A stretch of DNA of 64,000 bases from the human T2T-CHM13v2.0 reference genome, Homo sapiens, in the NCBI RefSeq assembly GCF_009914755.1, contig NC_060932.1; one strand, given 5' to 3'. The position numbers and the translations under genes are program-made. This document shows positions 1-13,410 of the stretch, piece by piece. The first letter of the stretch is position 1. Each line of letters opens with the position of its first letter. The notes below the pieces were generated by a model. It was not told the DNA's origin. It did not search any database and saw only the letters and a list, made by a program, of their open reading frames with translations.

Positions 1-597
1 AAGTGAAATATTAATAAATGCACACACAATTATCTGAGAAACGTCATTGATGCTGTGTATCCTTATCTCCAAAAAAGGACACATCTTATTTAATAAAAGT
101 TATCAGCAATATTGAGATTTATTCCCCCCCTTAAATCACTGACTTTAACAACTGTCTTTCAGTTTTTGTAGACTGAAATTATAGCTTTATTTATACTATA
201 TGGTGCAGAAATTTGGGGTCTCAGCTTAAATTGTTTGAACATTTGAACAAAGGCAAAGTTAATTCTTAAGAGATATTTTGGTGCTGCTCACAGGTATGTC
301 TGTAGTTTATCTTTAGCAGAAATGAGATGACCCTCCCCTAAGTAAGAATGAAAGTTGGGATTCTGACCTTGAAAATTTTTTCTTTTCCTCCTCAAAACAC
401 TGACATTTAATGTATTTAAAGCTGGTGACTCTGTCTTCAACAAATCCTGCAGAATATTTTACTCCATGCTGTCTTGAGATACCTAAATGTTGAATTTCAG
501 TTTGACAAAGCTCTGGTTGAGGCCACTTTCATTTGGAAATATGGTCTAAAATAAATTCTAATCATTATTCTAAGTTTTTTTAAAAATAATTTCTTTA

Positions 598-934
<337 letters not shown>

Positions 935-2699
935 CTAGATAAACAGAAAGAGCCCCATGACTGGGCCACATTAACTTAACTCTTCTCTGTCTTTATTGAA
1001 TTTTTAATGATAATATTCTGTATCTCTAAGAAATTTACAATTGATGACTTAGTCATGACATATCCTTCAGATATATTTTCATCTTATAAATCCTTTTCAG
1101 AATTTAATAAATCATGTCTTTCTCTATGTTACTATTAAAGTTTATTCCAATTGAACATTGCTAATAGAAAAAATGCCTATTAAAATTAATGAATATATTT
1201 AAGTACTGCATATTAATATATTCATTGTGTCTATATTATATATATCTCCTTAAATTTGCAAATTCTTCAGAATTATTATTTTATTGTTCTGTATGATGAT
1301 TTGCCTGTGGTAGCCACTTAGAAATACTGACTATTCATAACAGTTTTTGTTTTTTAAGTCTGATCTATGAAAGTTCACAATTAAGGAGTAATGTAGACAT
1401 GTAGGCTGATTTCCAGTGAGGATGATACTCAAGATAATTAACTTATTCAGAGACCAATTGACTCAAAATGGCTGTTTATCCTTCTTTTTGTTGGATGATG
1501 TCAACTAGCAATTTATCTCCCCTTCGATGTTACACTCCTCATAATGATTCATTTTGTCCATGAAGTCTGAATAGTAGCTTTTTGCTGGTGTGAAATGCTC
1601 CTTCTCACAGGATTTCCTGGGCATTACTAAGGCAACGTCCCTGCTGAAGATTTTTACTTACAGCACTGTTTTCCTTAAAATGCTTTAGTGATTCTCTTTC
1701 TTCTTCCTAGTATGCTCATTCTGTACTAATGTGCTCTGAACACGAGGATGAACCTCATCCTCGTGTGCCTACGTCTAGTTAATCAAGACTCAAGCCAAGT
1801 ACTCACTACCTACACAGTCTTTTGCTAAGTGCAGTAATTGCAGAAAAGAAATTGAAGGCATGCTGTGAAAAGAAGTAATCTAATTGTGAATCCACGCTGA
1901 AGACTGAAACAAAAAATTAGAGGTGAATATGAACACGTACAAGGTTTCTTACTGCCACTAATTGGCATGATGATTTTTGGCACTTTTCTAGAACTCTCTG
2001 AGCTCAGTGAGATAGGGGTAGATATAGTATCTACATCCTGGGGCTATTTGTGAGGGTCAAAGGAAATTGCTGCATGGGAAGGGATTATCACACAGCTCCA
2101 TGATTGTGAACTATTCCTACTGTGGTATTTGTTAATATGAGATTAAAAAGCAACTACTGTATGTATTTATTCGGAAATAATGCAAAACAAATATAGGTTG
2201 TCTGTCTCTGAGTCCTCCTCTTCCTCCAGTCCAATTAACTTGTTTCCACATGTTTATTTCTCCTTTATTTATTTTGAACAATTTTAAATTATTTTCTGTG
2301 AGATTTTGAAAAACATTTTTGTTTTTTTTCTTATTTTCCCTAAGTTTTATAAAGCTCAGTGTGGAGGATATAATCCTTCTTCCTCACCTTTAATTTGAGG
2401 TTTGTCACCCCAAACTAGCTATTACTAGGTGGGCCTATTCTTTGTCCTTTTAGGTAAGCCAGTGATGATATTCTACTTGGGTCTCCAAACAGAGGAGCAG
2501 ACTCCCATTTCTGTACATCTTGGAGCAGCAGGACCTGAGGGCATAAGTGGAAGTGATCCCTGTACCAGAAAATGTAGAACATTTATATTCTGCACTCATG
2601 TGACCTTTGGGTGACTTCTGAATTGTAGGAGATCCCTGGGACCACCATTTGCATTTAATCAGAACTCTTCACAAGATTTATCACTTACTGAAATTTCAT

Positions 2700-2885
2700 A
2701 AATTATTGAAATATATTCATATAATTATACATATAATATATAGACATACATATATTACACATATATTTATAATATACATGTGTATACATATTATATATGT
2801 ATATTCACATTTAATCAGAATATAATATGTATATATATAATATACATATATATTATAAATATATGTGTAATATACATGTAATATT
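2700..2885. repeat. AT-rich low-complexity (TA)n-like tract with inverted-repeat structure
   Basis: Degenerate TATA/CATA repeats; inverted arms at 2751-2776 and 2849-2874. Confidence 0.85.
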
Positions 2886-3662
2886 GTTCAATAGACTTGG
2901 ATAAAAATAGAGGTAACATATTGGTTTACAGTTTAACAGAATAGCATATAATATCTAGCTAAGAAACAAAACAACATATATTGTCAATCTATTTGTTTTG
3001 TGTATTTTCACTTAGTCTCTTAGAAAGCTGAGAGATAAAGCATTTACTCATATCCATCTTGGTCAGGTTAATTACTACCAATTATATTCAAATATAAGCT
3101 TAGTTTCATTTTAATAATTCAATGCCTGCATGTTCATCTGTATTACCAAACATTTGCTGATATTCTCACCATTTCATAACATCCAACTTAAAAACTTTTG
3201 GTAGATCCAGGCTTCTGGTAGAAGCTCAAAACATAAACCATTAGATCAGAACCACAAAAAGAATACAGATTAAAACTACTTAAATGATATACATAAATCT
3301 CTTTATGACAAACCGTAATCTTGTTCACTGAACTGGAATTTATCCTTATCAAATGTGACTTCATAAAGTGGGCTCTTGGCTGGAGCCCAGAAACACTTTT
3401 ATTACAGGGAGATATTCATTGTAGTGGTAACCACCCACAAATTTGATATATATTATGCGTGGTCTAACCTAAAATGTACACCATGATACCAGGATCAGTA
3501 AAATATAGGTTTTATTTTGGCTGAAAGTAAAGGTATTCTAATGTTCTGCAACTCTAATGAAACTCATCACTTCAGGCCTGAGGGTGTGCAGAAATCTACT
3601 GTAAGTGATTGGGAACTAAGGAAGAAGTTTATGACACTGAAGACTAACAGAACCTGATGAAT

Positions 3663-3805
3663 GGCCTGGTGCAGTAGCTCATGCTTGGAATCCCAGCGCT
3701 TTGGGAGGCTGAGGCAGAAGGATCCCTTGAGCCCAGGCGTTCGAGACCAGCATGAACAAGATGGTGAGACCCTGTCTCCACATACATACATATATACATA
3801 CATGT
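3663..3805 (+). mobile_element. FLAM (free left Alu monomer) with (CATA)n tail
   Basis: GGCCTGGTGCAGTAGCTCATGC...CCCTTGAGCCCAGG...GACCCTGTCTC, a single monomer. Confidence 0.9.
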
Positions 3806-4204
3806 TAATAATAAAAAGAAACTGATCAAAAATTTCACAAGAGGTTTTTGGAATCAGGATGATAATCAAATAATAGCCAAACATTTGGTGCTTTCAAAGT
3901 GGTAAATTGTGTTAACATTGAGATGTCTATAAACATTCTGCTCTTTGAGGACAAATGCTTGGGCAGAAGAGATGTCCTTGTTGGCACCTCTGAGGTACAT
4001 GTCTGAATCTATCTATAAAATGTAAGAGGAGTCTGCTCTGTGGTGTCAGAAAGACAGGTTAATTTAGAGATGAACTTGATGTTGGGGCCTTTCAATTGCC
4101 TGCGTTTGATAACATGGTAACTATTCTGTGACCTCTCTCCTTAAATCTCAGGAGCCCAACTCAATTTCTTCTATTCCATTGATGACCTAAGTCCCCGTAT
4201 TTTG

Positions 4205-5455
4205 TTTGTTAATTTCCATTTGCTGCCCATCCCCCTCACCCAGCTTTACTTTCTATCCCATCCTCTGTGCAGGAATGGTGACCTGGATGGAGACAGGGAG
4301 TCATATGCTCAGGTTTGCCTGGGATAATCTTGATTTCACAGATCTCTTGATCAGTTTAACATTTGCCTCAAAATGTTCATTTTTGGTGACAAAGTTATTA
4401 ATAGTTACATTAAAATTATTCAGAGTGGGTTTGTATTTCCAGCTTCTATAGTATTGTCTAGTATTATATGAGATGCATGTGCAGAGAACGAAGTTCTTGC
4501 TTTAATATAGGGTTAAATCTGAAAGACTACTAAGTGATAAACAGCCTCTCCTTCCCTGACCCCTTTCGGATGTAATCTAACCAACACCTCCCTTTCAAGA
4601 ACAGCACGCAGGTTGCGCACTGGCTTAACAAAGTACACTCAGACACAAGTGGTTAGGGACAGCTAACCCTTTCTGATTTCTGCTGGTGATGGAAGTGTCC
4701 AACGATGCCTCCCTACCAGCCACTTGATCTACTAGCTAGTGTGGTCTGGTGCCTGCAGCAGCCTGTAGGACTCACAGAGTCTGACAAGGTGGAAGGGCAA
4801 TGTGGGTTAGGTGGATGTGAGATATGCAGGACAAACAGGTACAGCAGTTTTGTCCTAGTATATACAGAGTCATAGGTGAGTTTTATACAATACAATTGTA
4901 TTGTATAAAGCTACAATTATATAGTTAGATAATTGTTGAGTAGCATGTTTCTTTTTTTTTGCAATAATGGTAATTAACTTTAACAACTTTCTTAACCCTC
5001 AAAAGTGTCCCAGTCTGGATGATAATTTATATGAGAACGCTTTATATGGATTCCATCAACAGGGTCCTTATTCCTCCTGGCTTCCAGGTAGGTTGGGCCC
5101 ATGGCAAGCCGTAGAAGGAGACAGAAGGGGAGGAGAGTGAGGTTGGATTATCTAATCCTCTGGATCCCACTCGGCACGATTGCTTGGAACTGGTTGTGAC
5201 TTTTGCACCTAAGGTCATTGGTTTTCTTAGGGCAGCTGAGTTTGCAGACTTTCTCCTCTCTGGGTTCTTTACTTGCTTCCTTCTCTGGTCATTTGGGCCT
5301 TGGGTGATCAGCTCAGCCACTACTAACCCCCAACTGACTGTAGTATCCCTTGTGTTTCTCCTATCATACAACTTTGCAAATAGTCCCTGTATAACTAATC
5401 CCTTCTCAAATAATCTTATGTTAAGGGTTTCTTGTATTTTCTATTGGATTCTTAA
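4205..5455. mobile_element. LTR33-like ERVL solo LTR in two pieces (~4205-4292 and ~5044-5455)
   Basis: CTCTGTGC...GGTGACCTGGATGGA resumes as TATGGATTCCATCAACAGGG...GGAGGAGAGTGAGGT, resembling the recalled LTR33 consensus. Confidence 0.55.
4294..5035 (-). mobile_element. MER96B-like hAT DNA transposon fossil nested in the LTR
   Basis: Left end CAGGGAGTCATATGCTCAGGTTTGCCTGGGA and right end CAAAAGTGTCCCAGTCTGGATGATAATTTATATG resemble the two MER96 termini. The interior is not resolved. Confidence 0.5.
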
Positions 5456-6479
5456 TTGAATCTATTCCTTTTTTTTTCTTCTATGAATGAGCATTGAAAT
5501 TTCCTTTCTCTCCCCAGTCTCTTCCTATGTGGAGAGTTATGTGAGACATGGACTGTAATAAGTGAAGAAAGTCTTACAAATCATTTATGTACGATTAAAG
5601 TCTACCTTGGTTCCAGAAAACTATATTTCAGAATGGGTCAATGAATTCTGAGCTTTCTGTGAGATGCAGTTTGTAGCACTGACATATTTTCGATGTAGAC
5701 TAATGCTGAAAAGATTCAAATCAAGTATAAGGAAGGTTAAGTAGTAACATTAGCAATAAGCCACATTTTTGTTTGTAAACATAGATGGGAGGATAATTAA
5801 CTAGGAAGTATGAAAACGTTAGTGTCCAGACTGAATTGCTTCAATACTAATTTTTTCTAGAAAACCCATTAAATAATTTGAACATTCAACATAAAAGCAT
5901 AGACTTTATAGACATAGCATGGTTAACTGAAATTTACATATAACTTTAGAAGTTAGATGAGATTGTTTTGCTAACTAAACATTTTACAAAACATATCTTC
6001 AAAATTATTTATCAAAAGCTGGGTAGAAGATAGGAGATGAAGAGAGAAGGAAATAAATTCGAATTCTAGGAGAAAAGATAGAGACGAAATGGCTATGGTC
6101 AGTATTTTTTTGACCAATATCACTGAGGCATAAAGATCGCATCTGTATTGGGCTGTGTCTGGTGTGTGGTGACGGGAATGAGGGGTAGGGAGGGCCTGAA
6201 TTAAAGGCACTGGGAGGTGATAAACAGGGAGAAAGTATAGAAGGAAAGGGAGAAGTTCAAATTAGGACCCTTAAGAGGATTGCATTTTCAAGGGCAGGCA
6301 GAAGTTGAGAAGAGTGGAAAGAGGATTGAGAAAGCAAAGTCAGAGAAATAAGTTGTAGTCAAGAGTCCAGTTATAGTCCTCAAAGTGGCCAGTATTTTGT
6401 GAATAACTAGGAAAAGTGATGGTAAGTTGCTTCTGTGACATGGGGGAATAGGCAACACTTACTTAGTGGTCACTGTAAC

Positions 6480-7040
6480 TCTGTACTTGTTCTATGCCAG
6501 GCAGTTTTCTAAGTACTTGGCACTTATTAACTTATTAATAACCTTTTTAAATTAAATTAGGTTTATTTATTTTTAGAGACAGGGTCTTTTTGTGTTACCC
6601 AGGATGGAGTGCAGTGGTATGATCATAGCTCACTGTAACCTCAACCTCCTGAGCCCAAGTGATCCTCTTGCCTCAGTCTCCTGAGTAGCTAGGACTAGCA
6701 TGCACCACTACACTCAGCTAATTAAAATTTTTTTTTTTTTTTTTTCAGAGAAGGAGTCTTGCTATATTTTCCAGGCTGGTCTGAAACTGCTGGCCTCAAG
6801 TGATCCTCTTGCCTTGGCTTCCCAAAGTTCTGGGATTACTGGCATGAGCCATTGTGCTTGGCCAACTAATATAATCTTAATAACTACCAAAGGGATAGTG
6901 TTACTATATTATTCTATGTATGAGGAAATGAAGTCAAATAGAGACAAGGTCATTTAATTGACCAAGATCTCACCATTAGTAAGTGTCCATGTCAAGTTTT
7001 GAACCTAGGGTTTTAACTTAGTTAAGTTCATGTTCTCCCC
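6480..7040 (-). mobile_element. MIR relic interrupted by AluJ
   Basis: ATGCCAGGCAGTTTTCTAAGTACTT ... ATGAGGAAATGAAGTC ... CCAAGATCTCAC ... TTTGAACCTAGG. Confidence 0.7.
6563..6863 (-). mobile_element. AluJ
   Basis: Antisense dimer with J-type GATCATAGCTCACTGTAACCTCAACCTCCTGAGCCCAAG; heavily CpG-decayed. Confidence 0.93.
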
Positions 7041-7919
7041 TTCTCTTCTATCCAGCCTCTTTAGGACTCAAATTTTCTCTTTTCTGCACATATCCTTTAC
7101 CATAGATAACAGCAGGAAAAAAGGAAGTTAGAAACTAAAGATATTGGTATGGTTTTTAATTGCTAGTAACAAACAAACAAAACACCTAGTTGGAACATGG
7201 GCTTAAAGAAGTAATTGAACACTGATCATCCTTGAGATGCCTAATGATTAATCTTAAGGGAGCAGGAAACATTAACACAAAGGTAAGCCATGGACACATT
7301 TTCCCTTTCTACATGTCAGTCCTTGGCCGGCTGAACCTTCCCTCTCTTCTTTCTGAATACCTTTGCTAGCTAAGAGTGCACTTAACAGAGTAAAGGGAGA
7401 AATCATAGTTTTTATGACCACACTAGAGAGTGTTTATACACTTTCACCAGACAGATTGAATGCTCTGTGGTTTAGCCTCATGTAATCTCTCTCCTGCAAA
7501 GAAACACAATTGAGTGAGGTTAACTCCAAAGCTGGGTGCTGACAAGGAGCACTTAAAATAGAGCTGGCTTTTGCAGACCTGGAATTCTTCATCAATCAGC
7601 AGTGATGCTAACGGGTCTATTTATACCTATAATGGGGATACCTTTCATCAGACTCAAACGTAATTGGTTCAGTAGCTGTGTAGTTTATAAAACTGTTTCT
7701 GATTAGAAGCACATCAACAAAATAAAAAATACTCAGAAAAGTGAAAGTAACTTATTGTAAGCATGTAAAAGACACCTGGTCTTAAACAGAAATTTTGCAT
7801 TATAATTAAGATCCCATTTTCGCCTCCCTTCCCTGCCCCGCCCTCCACTGGCAAAGAACGCTTGCAAACGTCATTCTCTCCACAACTTTTCCATCATCAT
7901 CTGTTTCTTCCCACCCAAG

Positions 7920-8303
7920 TGATATGGTTTGGATGTGTGTCCCCACCCAAATTTCATCTCGAATTGTAATCCCCAGTGCTGGAGGAGGGGCCTGCTGGCG
8001 GGGCGCGGGGGGGGGGTGGATTTCCCCCTTGCTGTTCTGATAGTGAGTGAGTTCTTACAAAATCTGGTTGTTTAAAAGTGTGTAGCACCTTTCCCCTCGC
8101 CCTCTTCCTCCAGCGCCAGCCACAGCCATGTAGGATGCGCCTGTTTCCCCTTTGCCTTCCGACATGATTGTCAGTTTCTTGAGACCTCGCCAGCCATGCT
8201 TCCTGTTCAGTGTGTGGAATCGTCAGCCAATTAAACCTCTTTTCTTTATAAATTACCCAGTATCGGGTAGTTCTTTATAGCAATGCAAGAGCGGATTAAT
8301 ACA
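7920..8303 (+). mobile_element. MSTA-type MaLR solo LTR
   Basis: TGATATGGTTTGGATGTGTGTCCCCACCCAAAT ... CCAATTAAACCTCTTTTCTTTATAAATTACCCAG ... TAATACA. TG...CA ends; 5-bp TSD CCAAG/CCAAC. Confidence 0.92.
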
Positions 8304-8341
8304 CCAACTTTTTTCAGTATCCTTCTCCAACCATTGTTTAA

Positions 8342-8649
<308 letters not shown>

Positions 8650-9076
8650 CATTATTTAATTCTATAACCTTATTATTAGGGCTGACAAAAGGCTGGTTTG
8701 GGTTCTAAGTTATTAAATTGGCACTATGTCAAATGAATTCTAATTTCAAATATGAACACTAGAATAAAATGCTGCTTTATTATCTTAAATTTCTTGCTAA
8801 TATCCATTTGGGATATTTGGTCTTATGATTTCTGCTCTCTATGAAATGGGTTAAAAACTTGCCTGTTAACTCTTCGTTAAGAGAAGTTCAGCTCCTCTTT
8901 GCATAACTCTAACCTTTGTACTGGGTACCACTTCATCTAATTATCTATCTTTTGGAATTAACAAAAGAAAGCGTTTGTAGCATATTTAAAAATAAAAACA
9001 TGAAAACAATGTCTTTTTTTCTTTTTCAAGGATTATAATAGAGCAGGGTCTCAAAGCCACACAACTGCTATACTCC

Positions 9077-9655
9077 TGCTATGGTTTGGATGTTGTCCCC
9101 TCCAAATCTCATGTGGAAATTTGATCCCCGATGTTGGAGGTGGGGTCTCATGGGAGGTGTTTGGGTCATGGGGTGATCTCTCATGAATAGATTAAGGCTC
9201 TCCTTGGGGGTGGGTGGGGTGAGGTCTGGTTCTATTAGTTCCTGTGAGAACGGGTTGTTGAAAAGAACTTAGGCTGGTCATGGTGACACAGGCCTATAAT
9301 TCCAGAACTTCAGGAGTCCAAGGCAGGAGGACTGCTTGAGGCCAAGAGTTGTAGACCAGCCTGAGTAACAGAGACAGACACCATCTCTACAAACAAATTA
9401 ATCAATTTTTGAAAAAGAGCCTGGAACCTTTCTCCCCAGCTGTCTTTTGCTTCCTCTCAAGCCATGTGATTGCTGCACACAGCAGCTCCCCTTCCCTTCT
9501 GCCACCAGTGGAAGAGCCTGAGGCCCTTACCAGATGCAGATGCCAGCACCATGCTTCTTGTACAGCCCGCAGAACCATGAGCCAAATAAACCAATTTTCT
9601 GTATAAATTACTCACCCTCAGGTATTCTTTATAGCGACACAAATGGACTAAGCCG
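9077..9655 (+). mobile_element. MSTB-type MaLR solo LTR, interrupted by FLAM
   Basis: TGCTATGGTTTGGATGTTGTCCCCTCCAAATCTCATG ... AGAACCATGAGCCAAATAAACC ... AAATGGACTAAG. Confidence 0.9.
9272..9405 (+). mobile_element. FLAM monomer nested in MSTB
   Basis: GGCTGGTCATGGTGACACAGGCCTATAATTCCAG...CCATCTCTAC; degenerate TSD GAAAAGAACTT/GAAAAAGAGCCT. Confidence 0.85.
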
Positions 9656-9796
9656 ATCCCAATTACTTAAAATACAAAATCTACTACCAGGAAAGAACTT
9701 TTAAAAAAATACTTACGTCTATTCACCTATGTGCTAAACAGGGAAGTAGTCTATAGAAAAACTGGAGAGTATTAAGTGATTCAAAAATGAAATACT

Positions 9797-10174
<378 letters not shown>

Positions 10175-11307
10175 TTAGCAGCATTCTTTTCTGCAGGAAG
10201 TCACCATCATACAAACCTTGAATCAGGAGGATAATTCATCCAGTTCTAAGGAAAACTGGTTTTCTCAATTTTCTATCATTTTGTAAAATGAGATCCAAAT
10301 ATACTTGTAAAATTGGCTGTTATTTGCAGGCTGTCTTGATAATAATTCACACCAAATTGACATAGGCCAGATGAGAGAGCTGACCTATTTTTTACGTGTC
10401 TGTTATTGGAATTCAGTAAATGTGCTACATTCTATGTTGTCTATTTTTAATTCCTGCAAATATTTTTTTTAGTATCTGGGTCAAAATTCCATTAACAAAT
10501 GCTGCATTTTCATAGATCCTCTATTTGGAGAACCCTAAATAATAGAAAATTAAAGATTTATTGAAGTAGACCTGAAAAATATTTCTCTTCAAATGCATTA
10601 TTTACATTGGTGTTTTACATGTACTTTTAAGAACTGTAATAAATTTTCCTTCATAACAAGAAAAATTTAGAATAGAAAATACTTCAAAATTGCTTTTATT
10701 AAATGTGTTAATTTCTTAAAACATTTATAATATTATCTACTGGTTATTTTGATGAGTACCCACTGCTGTTGAATACCTTTGATCATTTTAGCTTTGAAAG
10801 AACAATATATCAGTTGCTAAAATAAACAAATAATATCATCTTAATTGTTTTAGTTACTTGTTTGAAAGCTTCTAACTCTATTTAAAGTACAAGTATGTTA
10901 GGGGCAAGTATGACAATATTTATATTTGTTTGTACCCCCATAAACCCTTTTTTATTTTGTTGGACACAAATTATTACATTGAATTTTACTTATAACCTTG
11001 GATTTCATATACATCTGACATTATAACATATAATTCAATTCAGCTGAGGATTTAAACTGGGTATCTAGAGACCTCAGATCTAGTCCTATAACCTTAAGAA
11101 GGTTAAACACTTTAGATCACAGTTTTCTTAGTTATAAAGTTTTAGCTTATCTTTAAAGTTCCAAATTTTAAATAATTTTTAATATGTGCTGAAATATGCT
11201 ATGTTTCTTTTGGAAAAGTGTGTCAGTAAAAAGCTGAGTCAAACTAGAATCAGTTCTAAGAAGTAATATTTCTTTACTGCATGGGGATGGCAATTCTCAT
11301 AGAGCTT

Positions 11308-11776
11308 GCTATGATGAGTTTTAAATGTGTCCACAGATTCTTTAACACTCCCCCTTTTAAAAAGTGAAGCCTAGTTCCCTTCTTTAATAGACTATGGCAG
11401 AAGTGATGGTATGCGACTTCTGACTCTATTCCATAAAGCACTGCAGATTCCCTCTTGCACTGTCTTTTGGAAGGTTTGTGCTGGGGAAAGCTAGCAGCCA
11501 TGTCATGAGGATACTCAAGCAGCTCCCTGTGGGTCACATGGCAAGGAAGCAAGGCCTCCAACAACCAGGTGAGTGAGCCATACTGAAGACAGACACTCCA
11601 GGCCTAGTCAAGTCTGTGGAAAACCCTATGACGTAGGCTCAGCTAGATCCACTCAACTAAGCTCTGTTCCTGAATTTCTGGCCCACGGCAACTGTGTGAG
11701 ATTATATATGTTCATGTTGGTTTCAAGTTGCTAAATTATGGGGAAATTTGCTATGCAGCAAAAAATAACAAATGCA
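11308..11776 (+). mobile_element. MLT1F/G-type MaLR solo LTR
   Basis: CCACAGATTCTTTAACACTCCCCC ... GCCATGTCATGAGGA ... AACTGTGTGAGATTAT ... TTTGCTATGCAGCAAAAAATAAC. Confidence 0.8.
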
Positions 11777-12822
11777 TTTGCCTATATATTTAAATGAGGA
11801 ACTTATGACTATATTTTATATACGTCTGTAAAACTATGACTCAACTAAAAGTGCATCTTATTCCCTAGGGAATTAGGTTTTCTTAAAGCTCCTTTAGAAG
11901 ATGGTTTTGTGTTCAAAGACAATATAAAAATTAAAAATTTCTCCTGCTACAGTTACATTACAGTTTCTTTCATAGTAGACAAAATGGAAATAGGCAGAAA
12001 GTGGGCCTCTATTCTTTATTATTATTTTCTTGCATCATTCTTTGCAGTTAAGTATTTTGCTTGGGTTGATGGTCATCCTTTATTAATTTATATTTGTTGA
12101 GCTCTCTTGTATATTTTAAGTGAAAGTAGGAACTATATACAGAATAATAAAAATTGATTTCTAACATTAAGGAACTTAGATTTTACAATAAATATTAAGG
12201 TGAGCATGTATAGTCAGGCATATGGTATTCGTGCCCTTTTTATATATACATAGAGATAAGGGAATGCAGCAAAATGAATACCTTATTGTTTGGAATATTT
12301 ACATATTTAATCCTCACAGCAGTCCTATGAGACATAAAGGAGGCATTTTGTTAACTGGTGGTATTATTTCTTTTGAAAATAAATATTTTTCTGATTCTAA
12401 AATAAAAGCATTTTAAAGAGTGAGAATTTGGAAAGATGCTCCAGCAAGGAGTTAGTGTAAATCAATTCAGCAAAGTGGTTTACGAATTACGTGAGACAGT
12501 TAATGTGTCCCCATGTCCTTAATGTCCTGGCTGAATTACAGCCTGCCAGGAGGTGCCACTGAGCCTGTTGGGGACAGATCTGTTACTTAAGAATAGTTAA
12601 TACAGTGTCTGACAAATCCGACTGATTTTTTTTGAGTCTTGCATCAGAAAGAGATCTGAAGGTGTTTTTAATTTTTTTGTTGTTGTTGCTGCAGATTTTT
12701 TTCAAATGTGCTAACAGAAGAATTTCCAGAAATACCATTAAAAAGCAAACTCAAGGTTTTTAGTAGTTTATATTATTGAGGCATATGTAGTAGACATGTC
12801 TCTAGTGTAATTCTTTAAAATC

Positions 12823-13127
12823 GGCCAGGCGTGGTGGCTCACGCCTCTAATCCCAGCACTTTGGGAGGCCGAGGCGGACGGATCACGAGGTCAGGAGATC
12901 GAGACCATCCTGGTTAATATGGTGAAACCTGTCTCTACTAAAAATACAAAAACTTAGCTGGGCGTGGTGGCGGGTGCCTGTAGTCCCAGCTACTCGGGAG
13001 GCTGAGGCAGGAGAATGGCGTGAACCCGGGAGCGGAGCTTGCAGTGAGCCCAGATTGCGCCACTGCACACTCCATCCAGCCTGGGCAAAAGAGCGAGACT
13101 CCGTCTCAAAAAAAAAAAAAAAAAAAA
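12823..13127 (+). mobile_element. AluY
   Basis: Y diagnostics GATCGAGACCATCCTGG, GAGAATGGCGTGAACCCGGG, GAGCTTGCAG; A tail. Confidence 0.95.
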
Positions 13128-13387
13128 GATTTTAAGATCTAACTTTATCAACATGATATAGTTTTATTTTACTTTTTCTTCTTTGTGCTAACCTTCATAA
13201 GCTCAGCTTCCAAATTCAATATAAACCATGTACTTTTACTTATGAAATATAAAATATAAGTTACTTTTTAAGATTAGAGTCTTGTTGCATACCAAGCAGT
13301 TGCAGAGTCTTTACTAAACTTGAAAATTTTGGATTTAAGCCAACCAAAATGCAATTGTATTTTCCTTTGAATCTTGAAGGTGTTTCG

Positions 13388-13410
13388 TGTGTGTGTGTGT
13401 GTCTGTCTGT
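13388..13410. repeat. (GT)n microsatellite
   Basis: GTGTGTGTGTGTGTGT followed by CTGT units. Confidence 0.85.
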
